This document shows, in pieces, positions 1-11,092 of a stretch of 64,000 nt of DNA; position 1 is the first letter of the stretch; each line of letters starts with the position of its first letter. The translations under genes and the position numbers were made by a program. This DNA comes from Camelus ferus. Its lineage: Eukaryota. The stretch lies in NCBI RefSeq assembly GCF_009834535.1, contig NC_045707.1, positions 64,110,001-64,174,000 of the forward strand. The letters run 5' to 3'. The notes beneath the pieces are model-generated. The model saw nothing but the letters and a program-made list of their open reading frames with translations, ran no database searches and had not been told where the DNA came from.

Positions 1-120
1 TCACCAGTGGATTTATTATTTTGGGTTTTTAGTGCCTTTGGGTCACTGAGAATCTCTGTGGGAGGAATAATACACCCAGTATGAGGTTTGACACACAGTG
101 AATGCCCAATAAATGCTTTT

Positions 121-290
121 TTAAAAAATATTTTATTTATTTTATTGTACTATTTAATTACTTTATTTTGGTGGGGGGTAGGGAGAGGTAATTAGGTTTT
201 ATTTATTTTTAGAGGAGGCACTGGAGATTGAACCCAGGACCTTGTGCATGCTAAGCATGCGCTCTACCACTTGAGCTATACCCACCTCCC
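121..290 (-). mobile_element. tRNA-Ala-derived SINE, Vic-1-like (camelid)
   Basis: Minus strand reads GGGTATAGCTCAAGTGGTAGAGCGCATGCTTAGCATGCACAAGGTCCTGGGTTCAATCTCCAG (Pol III A and B boxes), followed by an A-rich tail. Flanked by TSD cccaataaatg(c/t)tttt at 105-120 and 291-306. Confidence 0.9.
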
Positions 291-2974
291 CCCAATAAAT
301 GTTTTTAAGTGGAAGTTTTATTATTTCTTATGAGGATGAGTTGACAGCTACATGAGAGAAAGTTAAGTCCTCAGTTAAGCAAACAAACAGTTCCTCAGAG
401 GCCAGGGGAGAGGATGTGGAAAATGAGAGAAAGCACCAAAAAGCCCTTTGTTCAGTTTACAGATTCACTGAGGTTTCCCATAAATAATGTGTCAGGACTT
501 ACTTTCTCTTCCTTTTTTTCTTCCTCCTTTACTAATTTTTCACTTTCAGCTCATCCTTCTCCATTCCTTTTCTTCCTCATATCTAAAATAAAAAGACAGC
601 CCTCCGTTTGTTTATGAGAGAGAACTGCCTGAGAAATCTCTCTGAGAAGAGTAGACCGCTGATGGTATGGAGGGTTTTTGAACAGCATAGGAGGCAGGGA
701 TTGGCCAGCTTTGAGAGGTGTACGTGAGTTGACATCGTCTGCTTAGGCATGATGACTCAGGTGAGATCGTGGCTGACTTGCTGGCGTTCAGAGGCATGTT
801 TCTTAGGGTGAATCTGTTTCTCTTCAGCTGACTTTTTGAAGTGAGAACTATTATTGATTGGCTGGCTGGCAAAAGCATGTTAACTGAAGCAAAATTGTCA
901 CTGATCAGTTAAATACGTGTAAGAGTGGTCCTGATGGCTACCTGCTACCATAGCTAATGAACAATCACTCTTTTCCCCCAAGATTCTGAGAACATTTTTC
1001 TTTGCATTCTCCCTTGTTAGTCCTTATCAGATAAAGCTGCAGGAAGATTGCCAAGATATTGACTGCTAGTGGTTTATTCTCATGAAGATGAGATTTCATC
1101 TTTGATGAACCTATTTTCATCCTGTTTTCACTTTTGAATCAGTTGTTAAGTCATCTGTTTGGACAGTGGCTGTGGAGAATCATTTAAGAAAATGAGCTAC
1201 AAACACTGAATAACTGTGGCACAAACAAGTATAACTTGAAGTGTTAAAAAAAACGGGGGCGGGGGCGGGGGCTACGACACATTCTGGAATCATGACTCAA
1301 GATTTCTCGGTCCTGGTCAGGAAAATAACAATTCTGTGGGTCTCATTTAAAAAGTCAGAATACTTTTTCTTTTAGCTTATAGACGGTTCCTTCTCACCTG
1401 TGTTAATCCAGGGATAACAAGAAGTGGAAGCAATGGTGTAGAATGCCCCAAGTTGACATGAATAAATAAAGAAACAAACAAACACATAAACACACACACA
1501 AATAAATAAAACCCTAGGTTATTGTCACGAATTAAGGAATTGAACTGACTTCTTGTGCTCTCATTCCCTGAGCTGATTTGTTACTATGTCAGTGAGGAAA
1601 CACATATTTTTCATGATTACACCAAGCTGTCTAGCCCTAATGGATGGAGTCCTTATCTTCAGGAGAGTTATTATTTATTTCCCTAGTTATTTTTTTGCTG
1701 TGTTTTTATTAAAAAATAAAAGATACTTTCATGGAAAATCTGATTTAAGAACAAAAAAAGAAAATTATATAATATTAGACACAGTAAAGAAAATATAGCC
1801 ATAATATTAATAAAATTAATACAACTTTAGAAATGTCTTGTGGAATTGTCTGGTTATAAATGAAAAGTATATTATATAATTTATTAGGTAATTTATCAAG
1901 CAAAATATAAATACCATATTTGCCCTAGAAAAGATAAAAAGCCTAAAAACATCAATTGCTGTAGAAGAAATTAGAAGTGTTGTTATTTCTAATTTCTAAT
2001 TGTTACAGAACACTCAGTATTTTTAAACATATGGGGCCCAGATTGTTTTACATCTGTGTTCTAGGTAATATTCAAAAAGAGATAATTCATATGTAATACA
2101 ATTATTCAAGATCACAGAAAAAGTATAAATACCATTTGCAAAGCTAGCATAACCTTAATGTCAAACTCAAGGACATATAAAAATTATAGGTCTAGACCTA
2201 CATAGGCAAATCAAATTTAACAGTGTATTAAAAGAATAATCTATCAAGTAAGTTTTGCTCCAGGATTGCAAGGATGGTTCAATTAAAAAAAGGCCAGCAA
2301 CATAATTCATTTTATTATTAATTGAAAGAAGAGAGAAAGAATATCATTCTGTCAATAGTCTTTAAAAAACAGATTAAATTTAATTTAAAGTTAACTGCAT
2401 TTCTAATAAAAATGCTAAGAAAAATAGTGACAGAGGAAATAATCACAACACAATAAAGCTACTTGTCAAAAAGTTCAATAGCATGCCTCAAAAGTAAACA
2501 ATAAAATGTTAGAGTTATTCTCATTTAAAGTAAGTCTAAGACTTGGACACTTCCTGTTTCCCTTATCATTAATTCCATAATGATAAAGCAATGAGACAAA
2601 AGAACAAGTAAGTGGCATAAATATTAAAAAAGACAGAAATCTTTATTTGCATGCAATCCAAACAATTCTACTAAAGGAACGAGAATTTGGGAGAGTGGCT
2701 GGATATAAGATTAGTGTAAAAACAAACCGAATGTTGTTCTTTATATTAGTAATCAGAATGAAAGAAATACCTTTAAAAGAACGTTTCAGGACTTCTGTGG
2801 ACAAAACTATAAAACATTATTGAAGGTTCTAAGTAAATGAAGAGACATGCCCTATTACTGAATTGAAAAGTTATACTATGAAAATATCAGTTACTCGATT
2901 TTGTATCTATATCAATTATTTTCATATGTATATATATATATATGACAATGGATTTTCACCAAACTTATGATAAT

Positions 2975-3095
2975 TGTTTTGTGATGTATGTAAGTCAAAT
3001 CATTATGCTGCATTCCTACAACTTATATAGTAGTGTATGTCAGTTATAATTTAATAAAACTGGAAGAAAATAGAATTGAAAAAAAAGGAAAAGAA
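2975..3095 (+). mobile_element. L1 3' terminal fragment (L1MA10/L1MB-like)
   Basis: aatcattatgctg...tgtatgtcagttataatttaataaaactggaagaaaa followed by an A-rich tail. Confidence 0.6.
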
Positions 3096-3553
3096 AATTA
3101 AGAAAGAACACCAGAGACCTTAAAGGAATGTATAGATGGATGACTATAGAAAGCAGTTAAATTTCTCTATATGTTGAATTACATCATAAAAAGTCAAATG
3201 ACAAATTCAAAGAAAGTGTTTTCAATACGAATGACAAGTAAAGGGTTAATGTTGCAAACATTTAAAGTATTGCTACACATTGATTAACAAAAAGACAAAA
3301 AACCCGTAAGATAAAAACTCAAATGTCCAATAAATATTTGAAGATGTGATCAAACTTACTAGTAGTCAAGAAAATTAAAAATAAAGCAATAATGAAATAT
3401 AGTTTTTCACCCATTATATTGGGTGAAAACATTAAAGAGATTGATGACATTAACATTCACATACACCTGGGATGAAAGTGATTGGACAGCAAATTCTTCT
3501 TCTGGAATTATGTCCAAGAGAAATACTTGCCCAACTGCATAAGGAAACATGTA

Positions 3554-3784
3554 CAGCTGACCCTTGAACACTACAAGTTTGAACTGTGCGGTTCACTTAT
3601 ACACGGATTCTCTTCAATAGTAAATACTATGTTACTACACAATCTGCTGATGGCTAAATCCATGGATGTGGAGCTGAAGATAGGGAAGAACTATGTAGAC
3701 AGAGGATCAACTATAAGTTGTACGCAGATTTTCAACCGCAAGGAGGGTCAGCACCCAACATCTATGTTGTTCAAGGGTCAACTG
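3554..3784. mobile_element. Tigger-derived MITE (MER8-like)
   Basis: Terminal inverted repeats cagctgacccttgaaca ... tgttcaagggtcaactg, TA on both flanks, 231 bp. Confidence 0.9.
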
Positions 3785-5659
3785 TATATGGATATTTGTA
3801 GTGAAAACACCTGGAAAAAAAACCCCTGAATGCCCATCAATTTAAAGAAGTATTGAAAATATTTATTTTAATAAATCCACTTTGTGGATTATTATGCAGG
3901 TATCAAAACAGAATAAGGTCAACTCATATGTATGTATATAACATATATATTTACCTATAGGCATGTCCAAGACTCATTTTTTAAATGAAATAAAATGAGT
4001 TTCAGAGTAATTATATAAAGAATAATCTGAATTTTTTTAAAAAACAAAGTAAGCAAAAATCAATGTATGGATATAAATGTTGGTATATGCCTTAATAGTG
4101 TAGAGACAGGTGTGGGAAATTTGATACCACACACATAACACTGATAATTCTTGAGTTGAGATTGACGGAGGTTAATGGAGATTATTAATTTTTCTTTTTC
4201 TGCCTCTCTATTGCTTAATTTTTACCACATACCACCTCAAATAATTAGAGTAGTAAAAAAATGGATATTTATTCATAGGCAGATATGTAAAGCATTTTAA
4301 GATGTTAGACCTCTTAGAAAATTAGGAACTCTGGGTAAAAGAAAAATGCTGCAAACCAAACGGGTACACTAAACGCATTTCAGGACCAAGGGAAGGGAGA
4401 GAGATAATAAAAATCCTCTGAACTTTTGGATTTCCTATAAACCATAGCTCTAAGATTGTTACAACACTACATCACTAGTGTTATTAGGTGTTAGTTATTA
4501 TATCTTACATCTACGTACTCATGACCGACTTGAATTAGTATATATACAAAAAGCAAGCAACAGGCAGACCAGAACCTTGAAGACTGACTGTTGGAGATTT
4601 CTGTAATGGTGGGAATCTGGAATGATCAGTCCTGAGTCTTGTGTCACGAACACAACATCTGGTTCTCTTGGTTCTCATCCGGCTTTGCTGTTTGTGTACA
4701 GATGTGGTATTAAAGTATTCTCTGAATCCTCAGAAGTTAACCAAAATGATTATCACGAGAAGTTAACCATGAGGAAATTGTGATTCAGATGGTTCCAATT
4801 TGCCAAAGTTCAGGTGAGTCAGTGGTGAAGTTGAGATGGCCCCCGGGCAATCATGTTTAAATAAAATTCTCCCTCTCCTTCTAAATTTTGGGTACTAAGA
4901 TTGGCCCTTGTCAGATTATGCCTTTCCTCCAGCAAGCCATAAATAATGCTGCTTTAAAATAAAGATGAACACATATGATAAGGCTGTGCTTATTTGATTT
5001 TTAAAATTTGATTTTTAAAATTTTAAAAGGATTGTCTCGTTATTCATAGTTTCTGTTTTCAGTTTGCTTTTGATAACTAATGTATGAACTGACAACATTA
5101 GCAGAGATTTAAACATCACAGATACTCTCTTCCTGTTGTTTCCTGCATTCACGTTTTAGAGGAGACAGAGCCCGAGATAACAGAAATGCAGTATAAATAA
5201 CAATGTGGATGCTTATCTGAACTCTGTAAACATACACATGGTTGATTCATTTAGGGTCTGTGCATGAGTTTAAAATGAACAAAAAAGTATATCATGAAGT
5301 TTAGGCTCCCCCAGGAATGGGTATCAGATTCGCCTTCTACTCATGGAACAACCTTTGATTTTTCCTAATAAATGATCATTTAGAAGAAATGTTTGCATCT
5401 AAGGGAATGTATCTCTCAACAGAGTATGTTTCCTACTTACATTTACAGGAAAGACCCTCATGTGTCTATATCATGATGCAACCATTGGAGGTTGAAAACT
5501 GGAAAAAAGTTGCCATTTGTATGTATTTTGAGTTTGGCCCCATATTAAAAGAAAAAAAACATTTAGGAGCATTGGAGAAGTGGCTTTAAATTCAGCCCCC
5601 TTTTCCTAATTGGAAACAGCTTTGCATGGAAATACTCACCGATTTTGTGGAAAGGACTG

Positions 5660-5955
5660 GAGTCTAGGACAGCCTGCCTGTTTTTGTACTGACCATGAGC
5701 TAAGACTGGGCCTTACATCTTAAAGTATTTGAAAAACATTTTTAAATGAAAATTTTGTGACACATGAAAATGACATGGAAATTCAAATTCCAATATCCAT
5801 AAGTCACACAGACACCTTCATTCATTTTTGCATTGTCTGTGGCTGCTTTCACGCACCAGTGGCAAAGTTGCGGATACATGACAGAGGCCGTATGTTCCTC
5901 AAAGTTGAAAATATTTATGGTCTGGCCCTTTACAGAGGAAGTTTGCTGACCTCTG
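5660..5955. mobile_element. hAT-Charlie MITE (MER58B-like)
   Basis: Characteristic end aaaatatttatggtctggccctttacagaggaagtttgctgacctctg and internal ttgtctgtggctgctttc. Confidence 0.8.
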
Positions 5956-6024
5956 GATTCTGAGTGTATTTGCTGTGAGGACTTATATATCTCGTGTTTC
6001 TTTTGGGGAAGGCTGAATGACATG

Positions 6025-6180
6025 AATTAGTTCATTTATTCATCTTTTTATTCTTTTGTTCGATAAAACCTTTATCGAGTACTGACACTGAGCCAGCGTC
6101 AGGAATAGAGATGTGGAGGACAAGTTCTTTGTCTTAGAGATTATATGAAATGATTGCATGTTATTAAGACAGTCATACTA
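6025..6180 (-). mobile_element. L2 3' fragment
   Basis: ttcatttattcatc...tttatcgagtactgacactgagccag resembles the reverse complement of the L2 3' end. Confidence 0.5.
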
Positions 6181-6439
6181 AGAATTTTTACAAAGAACTG
6201 CCGAATGGGGCAGAGAACCATAGTAATTTTAGGTCCTCCACATTCTTTCCTAAGAAGAGCTCAGTCCCGAGGTTTGGTACCACGCGTGCAGACTGTGAAC
6301 CTTTCTCTCCACCCTCTACACCAGCATCCTGAACCTCCTTCTCCCTGCCCACGTGGTTACACCAGCTCCCTGCTTTCTGGAGGTGAGCACGGCGCTCCTC
6401 TCCCACGACAGGTTTACAGGTCCAGATTTGTGGCCACTG

Positions 6440-6640
6440 CCACTTAGGACTTTCCACATGACAAGTACCGTGCTAGGGGTGTTGCTTGAAATGATGCCAC
6501 TTGAAATCACACACTCTGCCAGGTAGGCATGATCACCTCCATTTTTGTAAAGGAGAAAACAGAATTTCAGAAAGGTCAAGTAAAACAGCTACCAAGTCAC
6601 AGAGGCAAAGCTTCAAATAAGGTTGCGTGTTTCCAAAGCC
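6440..6640 (-). mobile_element. MIR SINE
   Basis: Reverse MIR core: ccatttttgtaaaggagaaaacagaatttcagaaaggtcaagtaa...ccaagtcacag. Confidence 0.65.
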
Positions 6641-7339
6641 AATTCTTTCTATGCCAATTTACTAAGTTTGCCTTGTTTTTAAGACAGATTCTCTCCCCAC
6701 AGTGCTGTCTTCTGGTTACTCCTGAGATGTCAGTTGCTAACAAAGTTTTCTAGGCTGTGGCTATGTGATAGCAAGTAAATATTTTTCAGAAGATATGCTG
6801 TTCCCATGTCTGTGGGTGGCAGTGTCTTTATGCAAGAACTAGTTCCACCCTGAATTCCACTTTTGCTTCCTACCTTTGTTTCTAAAACATTTGTGTTTAC
6901 AAGGATGAGAAGAATTTTCCAGGCGGTCAGTGACTCACTCTCTAGGTTAGAGCCACAGAGTAGCTGGCAGAAGAAACAGGGTTTCAGATGTAGACTGCCA
7001 CTTTCTTGAGTGAGCCCTCGTCAACATCACTTCACTCTCATAGCCTCAGTTTCCTCATTTGTGAAATCACGCTAGTGGAATTTGAAATAGGTGTCCGTCT
7101 GTCTGCCATAAGCACAGGGCCATCTTTAGAATCAATTTCCCTCCCAGTTCTATCAAAAGTGACCTCTTTGGCTGATAGGATCTTAGAATCTCAGAGTTGG
7201 GAGGGGCAATATAATGCATGCTCTTTGAAGACAGATAGACTGAAGTCATTACTAGCTGAGGGGTCTGAGGCAAACTGACTTTATTTCCTTGAGTCTCAAT
7301 TTCCTTATGTGTAAATTGGGGAACTATAGTAGTACCTCC

Positions 7340-7570
7340 TAGTAATCATAATAATGTCGGGTGCTCACTGTGTGCCAGGCCTTGTTCTAAGCACGTGGTA
7401 TGAAGGGAATGATTTCATTGTCATAACAACTCTGTGAGGTCATTTCTAATAGGAACCCCATTTTGCAGAAAAGGAAACCGAGATGAGGAAAATTTTAGAA
7501 GTGGAGAAGTCAGGATTTGAAACTTAGCAGCCTGGTCCTTGAGCCCAAGTCCTGAATAACTATGCCCTAG
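7340..7570 (-). mobile_element. MIR SINE
   Basis: tgtgtgccaggccttgttctaagc...ccccattttgcagaaaaggaaaccgag. Confidence 0.75.
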
Positions 7571-7656
7571 CTCCCAGAGAAATGTGTTGAGGTTTACGTA
7601 AGAAAGCCATCAACACAAAGTGGGTTTTCAGTAAATGTCCGCTCCTCTTCCTTGAA

Positions 7657-7833
7657 AAGTGTTTTCAAAAAATGTGACCCATGTTCACATGTATTGAAAT
7701 CACCTGGGGTAGATTTGTCAGAAATGCTGATTCTTGGACTCCAGTCAGGACCTACTGGATTCTCAGAAATCTATCTTTTTTCATAAACATGCTCCTCTGC
7801 TGATTTTTAATACACCAAAGCTTGGGACACTGT
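7657..7833. mobile_element. hAT-Charlie MITE (MER5-like)
   Basis: agtgttttcaaa...aatcacctggggtagatttgtcagaaatgctgattcttgg...caaagcttgggacactg. Confidence 0.7.
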
Positions 7834-10509
7834 ACCTTAGAATTCCATCCAGCCCAGTTTGCTAACAATGCAGAAACCTTCTCACGGCAGTGCTCCAATC
7901 ACTCCTAGCCTTCTTGGGAGTTCTTGATGGCGGGGAGCTTCCTGTCACAAAAGGAAGCCCACTTATTTTTCACAAAGGCTTGGATCATTAGAAGCATCTT
8001 CCTTCTAACTGAATGAAAAAATCTTCACCTTATTTTTCTCTCCATATGACCCATTCAGCCTTCTGTGTCACAGAGATTATTGGCAGAGGAGGGCAATGGG
8101 AAAGCCATTGTGGGAGAATATGGGACCTGAAGAATAGATATGTTTACAGGCTTGACAGGTGGGACTGTTTCCGGAGTCAGCAGTTACCTAAGGAGGAGGT
8201 CCTCAAGGGGATTCCATCCCAGCCCGATGACAGGGAGCCTATGAATGGACCAAACACAGAAATCCAGGTAGGGAGGCAGCCAGGTGATGGCATCATCAGG
8301 AAGACAGTCAAAGCACGCAGAACACAGGGACGCAGATGCTGAAGAGGGGAGTGGGGTTATAGTTTGGTCTCAGCCCCCATAAACTCATCATGGGATCCCC
8401 AACAGTTTTACCTGACACTGAAACAAATGCACCACTAGATCAGGGATTCTTTAAGGCTTCCCTTAGTAGAGACAGGAGTCATTGTTTGCACATAGTGCAT
8501 GTTAGAGATATTTAATGAATGAATAAATATGGTGCCAGGTGGCTCTAACCATGGAGATTGCAAGACAGAGAACAGAGCACTTTTCGACCATCAAAAAAAC
8601 CCAAGGAAAGCCTTTCCTTCTCTAGCATAAAAAATTCTGAGTTTTTTTCCCCGCTGTCCAGCATAGGACCATAGGATGTGCTTTCTGGAGCTCTTTCCAG
8701 TTGGCAGCATCTTCAGATACTTGGGTTTGTCAATATCCCTCTTAAAATGTGGTACTCAGAGCTGAACACGGGGCACTGATGTGCATGACTGTCCTGAATG
8801 CAACACGCTGTCTGCCTCTCCTGTTCTGTGTGCTACACCCTCACTATTGGCCACACCAAACTATTTCCTAACTAAATGGGCTTGTAGCATAAATAACTCA
8901 CTTCTGCTAAGGCAGCCTACGATCGCACTAGCTTTCCCAGCCGCCAAGTCACGCACTTGGCTCATATTAAAATTTCTGTTAGTGAAATCCCCGAAGTTCT
9001 TTGTCACATAAAGTACTACTAAACTAAGACAAATCTGGCTTGTATTTGTGCCATTGAGTGTTTGAACCTAAGTGCAGGATTTTACATTTATCTCTGCTAA
9101 ATTGCATCTTGTTGGTTTCGGCCTGATAGTCATGATGCTGATGGTACTTTAAAATTGTATTTCTGTCGTACAACATACTTAGCTAATCCTGCCATCCTTG
9201 TGCCATTAAAAAATATCACCAAGCTTTCTAAACCCTCATCCAAGTCGCTAAAAGAAAATATTTAACAATAACAGACTTGTTGCAGTTTCCCTAGGATCCC
9301 CCTTCAAGATGACATTGCTGTATTTGTCACTGTTCTCTTAGGTACCTATTATGCGCCAAGTGCCACATTATGTCCTAAGGATGAAAACATGAACATGGTC
9401 TTACCCCTGCTATCAAGCGTCTCACACCCTGAGGAAGAAGACTAACACATTAATAGAGAAATGCAGCTCTAGGTGGTGAGGGGTGTACCAGAAGGATGCA
9501 CGAGACTGGTAGAATCAGGGCTTTGGTAGAATCATCACAAAATGATGAAAATCATTTGGGGTCAAGTAGTCCTATACAGCTTAGAAACACTTGTCTCGGG
9601 TAGTTCCAATCTTATGAACCCTTTTCATCGCTCTTTAAAAATTACACTTTGAAAATTACTACCATTGTGTGTTTTTGACTCTAAGTTGAAGGCCTCGCGT
9701 TGGTGTGGTGCTGGATGCTACTCTTGGTCTTGTCTGGTTGCTCTTATGAGATAGACGAGAACACCCACTTACTGCTCTCTTGTGAAGAATGTTTTTGACC
9801 CTCTTCCTTTTACATAACATGTTTATGCTTTTCCACCCCCCCCCCACCGGTTCTGCCCCACAACCCATGGCTGAGGTGACTTCCTTTAGTCACAGATGGC
9901 GACAATGAACTGTTTCCACTTCTAATTACAGTTGTGTTTGTGTGTGTGTTCTTTAAATGCTAGTGACTCTAGGCTCCCACCCTACTGTCCTGTTTAGCCT
10001 AAGGTGGGGTGCAAATGCCAAAGCTAGTTTAGAGTGCTCCTGGTCGGGTCTCCCACACAAAGCAGAATCGTTGGAGGAATAGTTAGCCGGCTGCTCCCCA
10101 CCCACTCAGCATCGTCCAAGCCAAAAACCTTGCCTCAAGCTTTCATGGAAAATATTCGTTATTTTTATATATACAAGTCAGCCCTGCATTAGTTTAGAAA
10201 CAGATTTTTTTTTTTTAACCATAAAATGAAGCTAGAGAGATTTGGTGAACCACCCAGATGGAAATTGGACTAATTCAGGATTTGTAACTTGGGCCATTTC
10301 TAGTCATTCCCATGTGTTTAAAAAAAAAAAAAAAAAGGGACAGGACTCCTCTGGATTGAGTGCTGGTTTTGGAGGGTGGGGGTAAGAGCTGATTAAGTAA
10401 ATTTAATTTCATCCAGCAGCTCATTAAAAAAAAATCTTGTTCTTTCTCTTTTAGGGAACTGTCTCTAAGTTGTCTCTTCTGGTTTCTGTTTCGGTTGCTG
10501 TTTTGTGGC

Positions 10510-10750
10510 GCATGGTGGGTTAAGGATTTGCTTCTGGAGTCAGATGGACCTGGGTTTGCATCTCATTCCTTTGTAGCTCTGTGACCTGGGTGGGTCACAT
10601 CCACCGTATGCTTCATTTTTCTGGACTGTAAAATGGTGACAGTCAACAGTTTATTGCTCATTGGGCTGTTGGGAGGATTAAACCATCTACGAAACGCTTG
10701 GGAAGGCACACAGTATAAACAAACTGCTCAATAAACGTGAGCTATTTTGC
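10510..10750 (+). mobile_element. MIR SINE
   Basis: ctggagtcagatggacctgggtttg...ctgtgacctggg...ctgtaaaatgg...gctcaataaacgtgagctatt. Confidence 0.75.
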
Positions 10751-10869
10751 TGTTGATCTTAAGATAGTGCTTTGGGGATCTGGATGATGAAGCTGAGAAA
10801 ACAGAAGGGAAATTATTGGATTCCCAAAATTGTAGTGCAATTGCTCTAGAATGTTTCTAACATTGTCTC

Positions 10870-11092
10870 AGGAATGTTGTTCTCTGAATTAGCAGTATAT
10901 TGGACCAGATAATTCTTTTTCCTTTGCTGGGTGGGGTGCTGTGCATTGTAGAATGTTTGCCAGCATTCCTGGTCTCTGTCCACTCTAGTCCACAGTTGTA
11001 CCCCCAACCCTAGTTGTGACAACCAAAAATATTTTCAGTTATTGTCAACAGTGTCCCTTGAGGGACAAATAGCCCCTGGTTGAGAACCACTG
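10870..11092. mobile_element. hAT-Charlie MITE (MER20-like)
   Basis: ttggaccagataattctt...gtgcattgtagaatgtttgccagcattcctgg...gttgtgacaaccaaaaat...ggttgagaaccactg. Confidence 0.85.

Larger units (their letters stand above)
1700..4250 (+). mobile_element. Old, fragmented L1 (L1ME-like) ORF2/3'UTR remnants
   Basis: A-rich with L1 ORF2-like segments (gggcccagattgttttac; ccaggattgcaaggatggttcaat; aaatgaagagacatgccct). Interrupted by younger insertions. Confidence 0.7.
7180..9320 (-). mobile_element. L3/CR1 LINE, fragmented by nested insertions
   Basis: CR1-like 3' end (agaatctcagagttgg) and colinear segments: gatggcggggagctt...tagaagcatcttcctt; ccctcttaaaatgtggtactcagagctgaacac; gaacctaagtgcaggattttacatttatctctgctaaattgcatcttgttgg; ccctcatccaagtc. 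Confidence 0.7.

Noticed and set aside
215..290. tRNA-Ala gene
   Set aside because: It has a SINE body, tail and TSD, and the acceptor stem does not pair; it is a SINE head.
1255..1272. G-quadruplex
   Set aside because: Only three G runs; treated as GC boxes instead.
3482..3829. 115-aa ORF
   Set aside because: Spans a MER8-like MITE within old L1 sequence; chance ORF.
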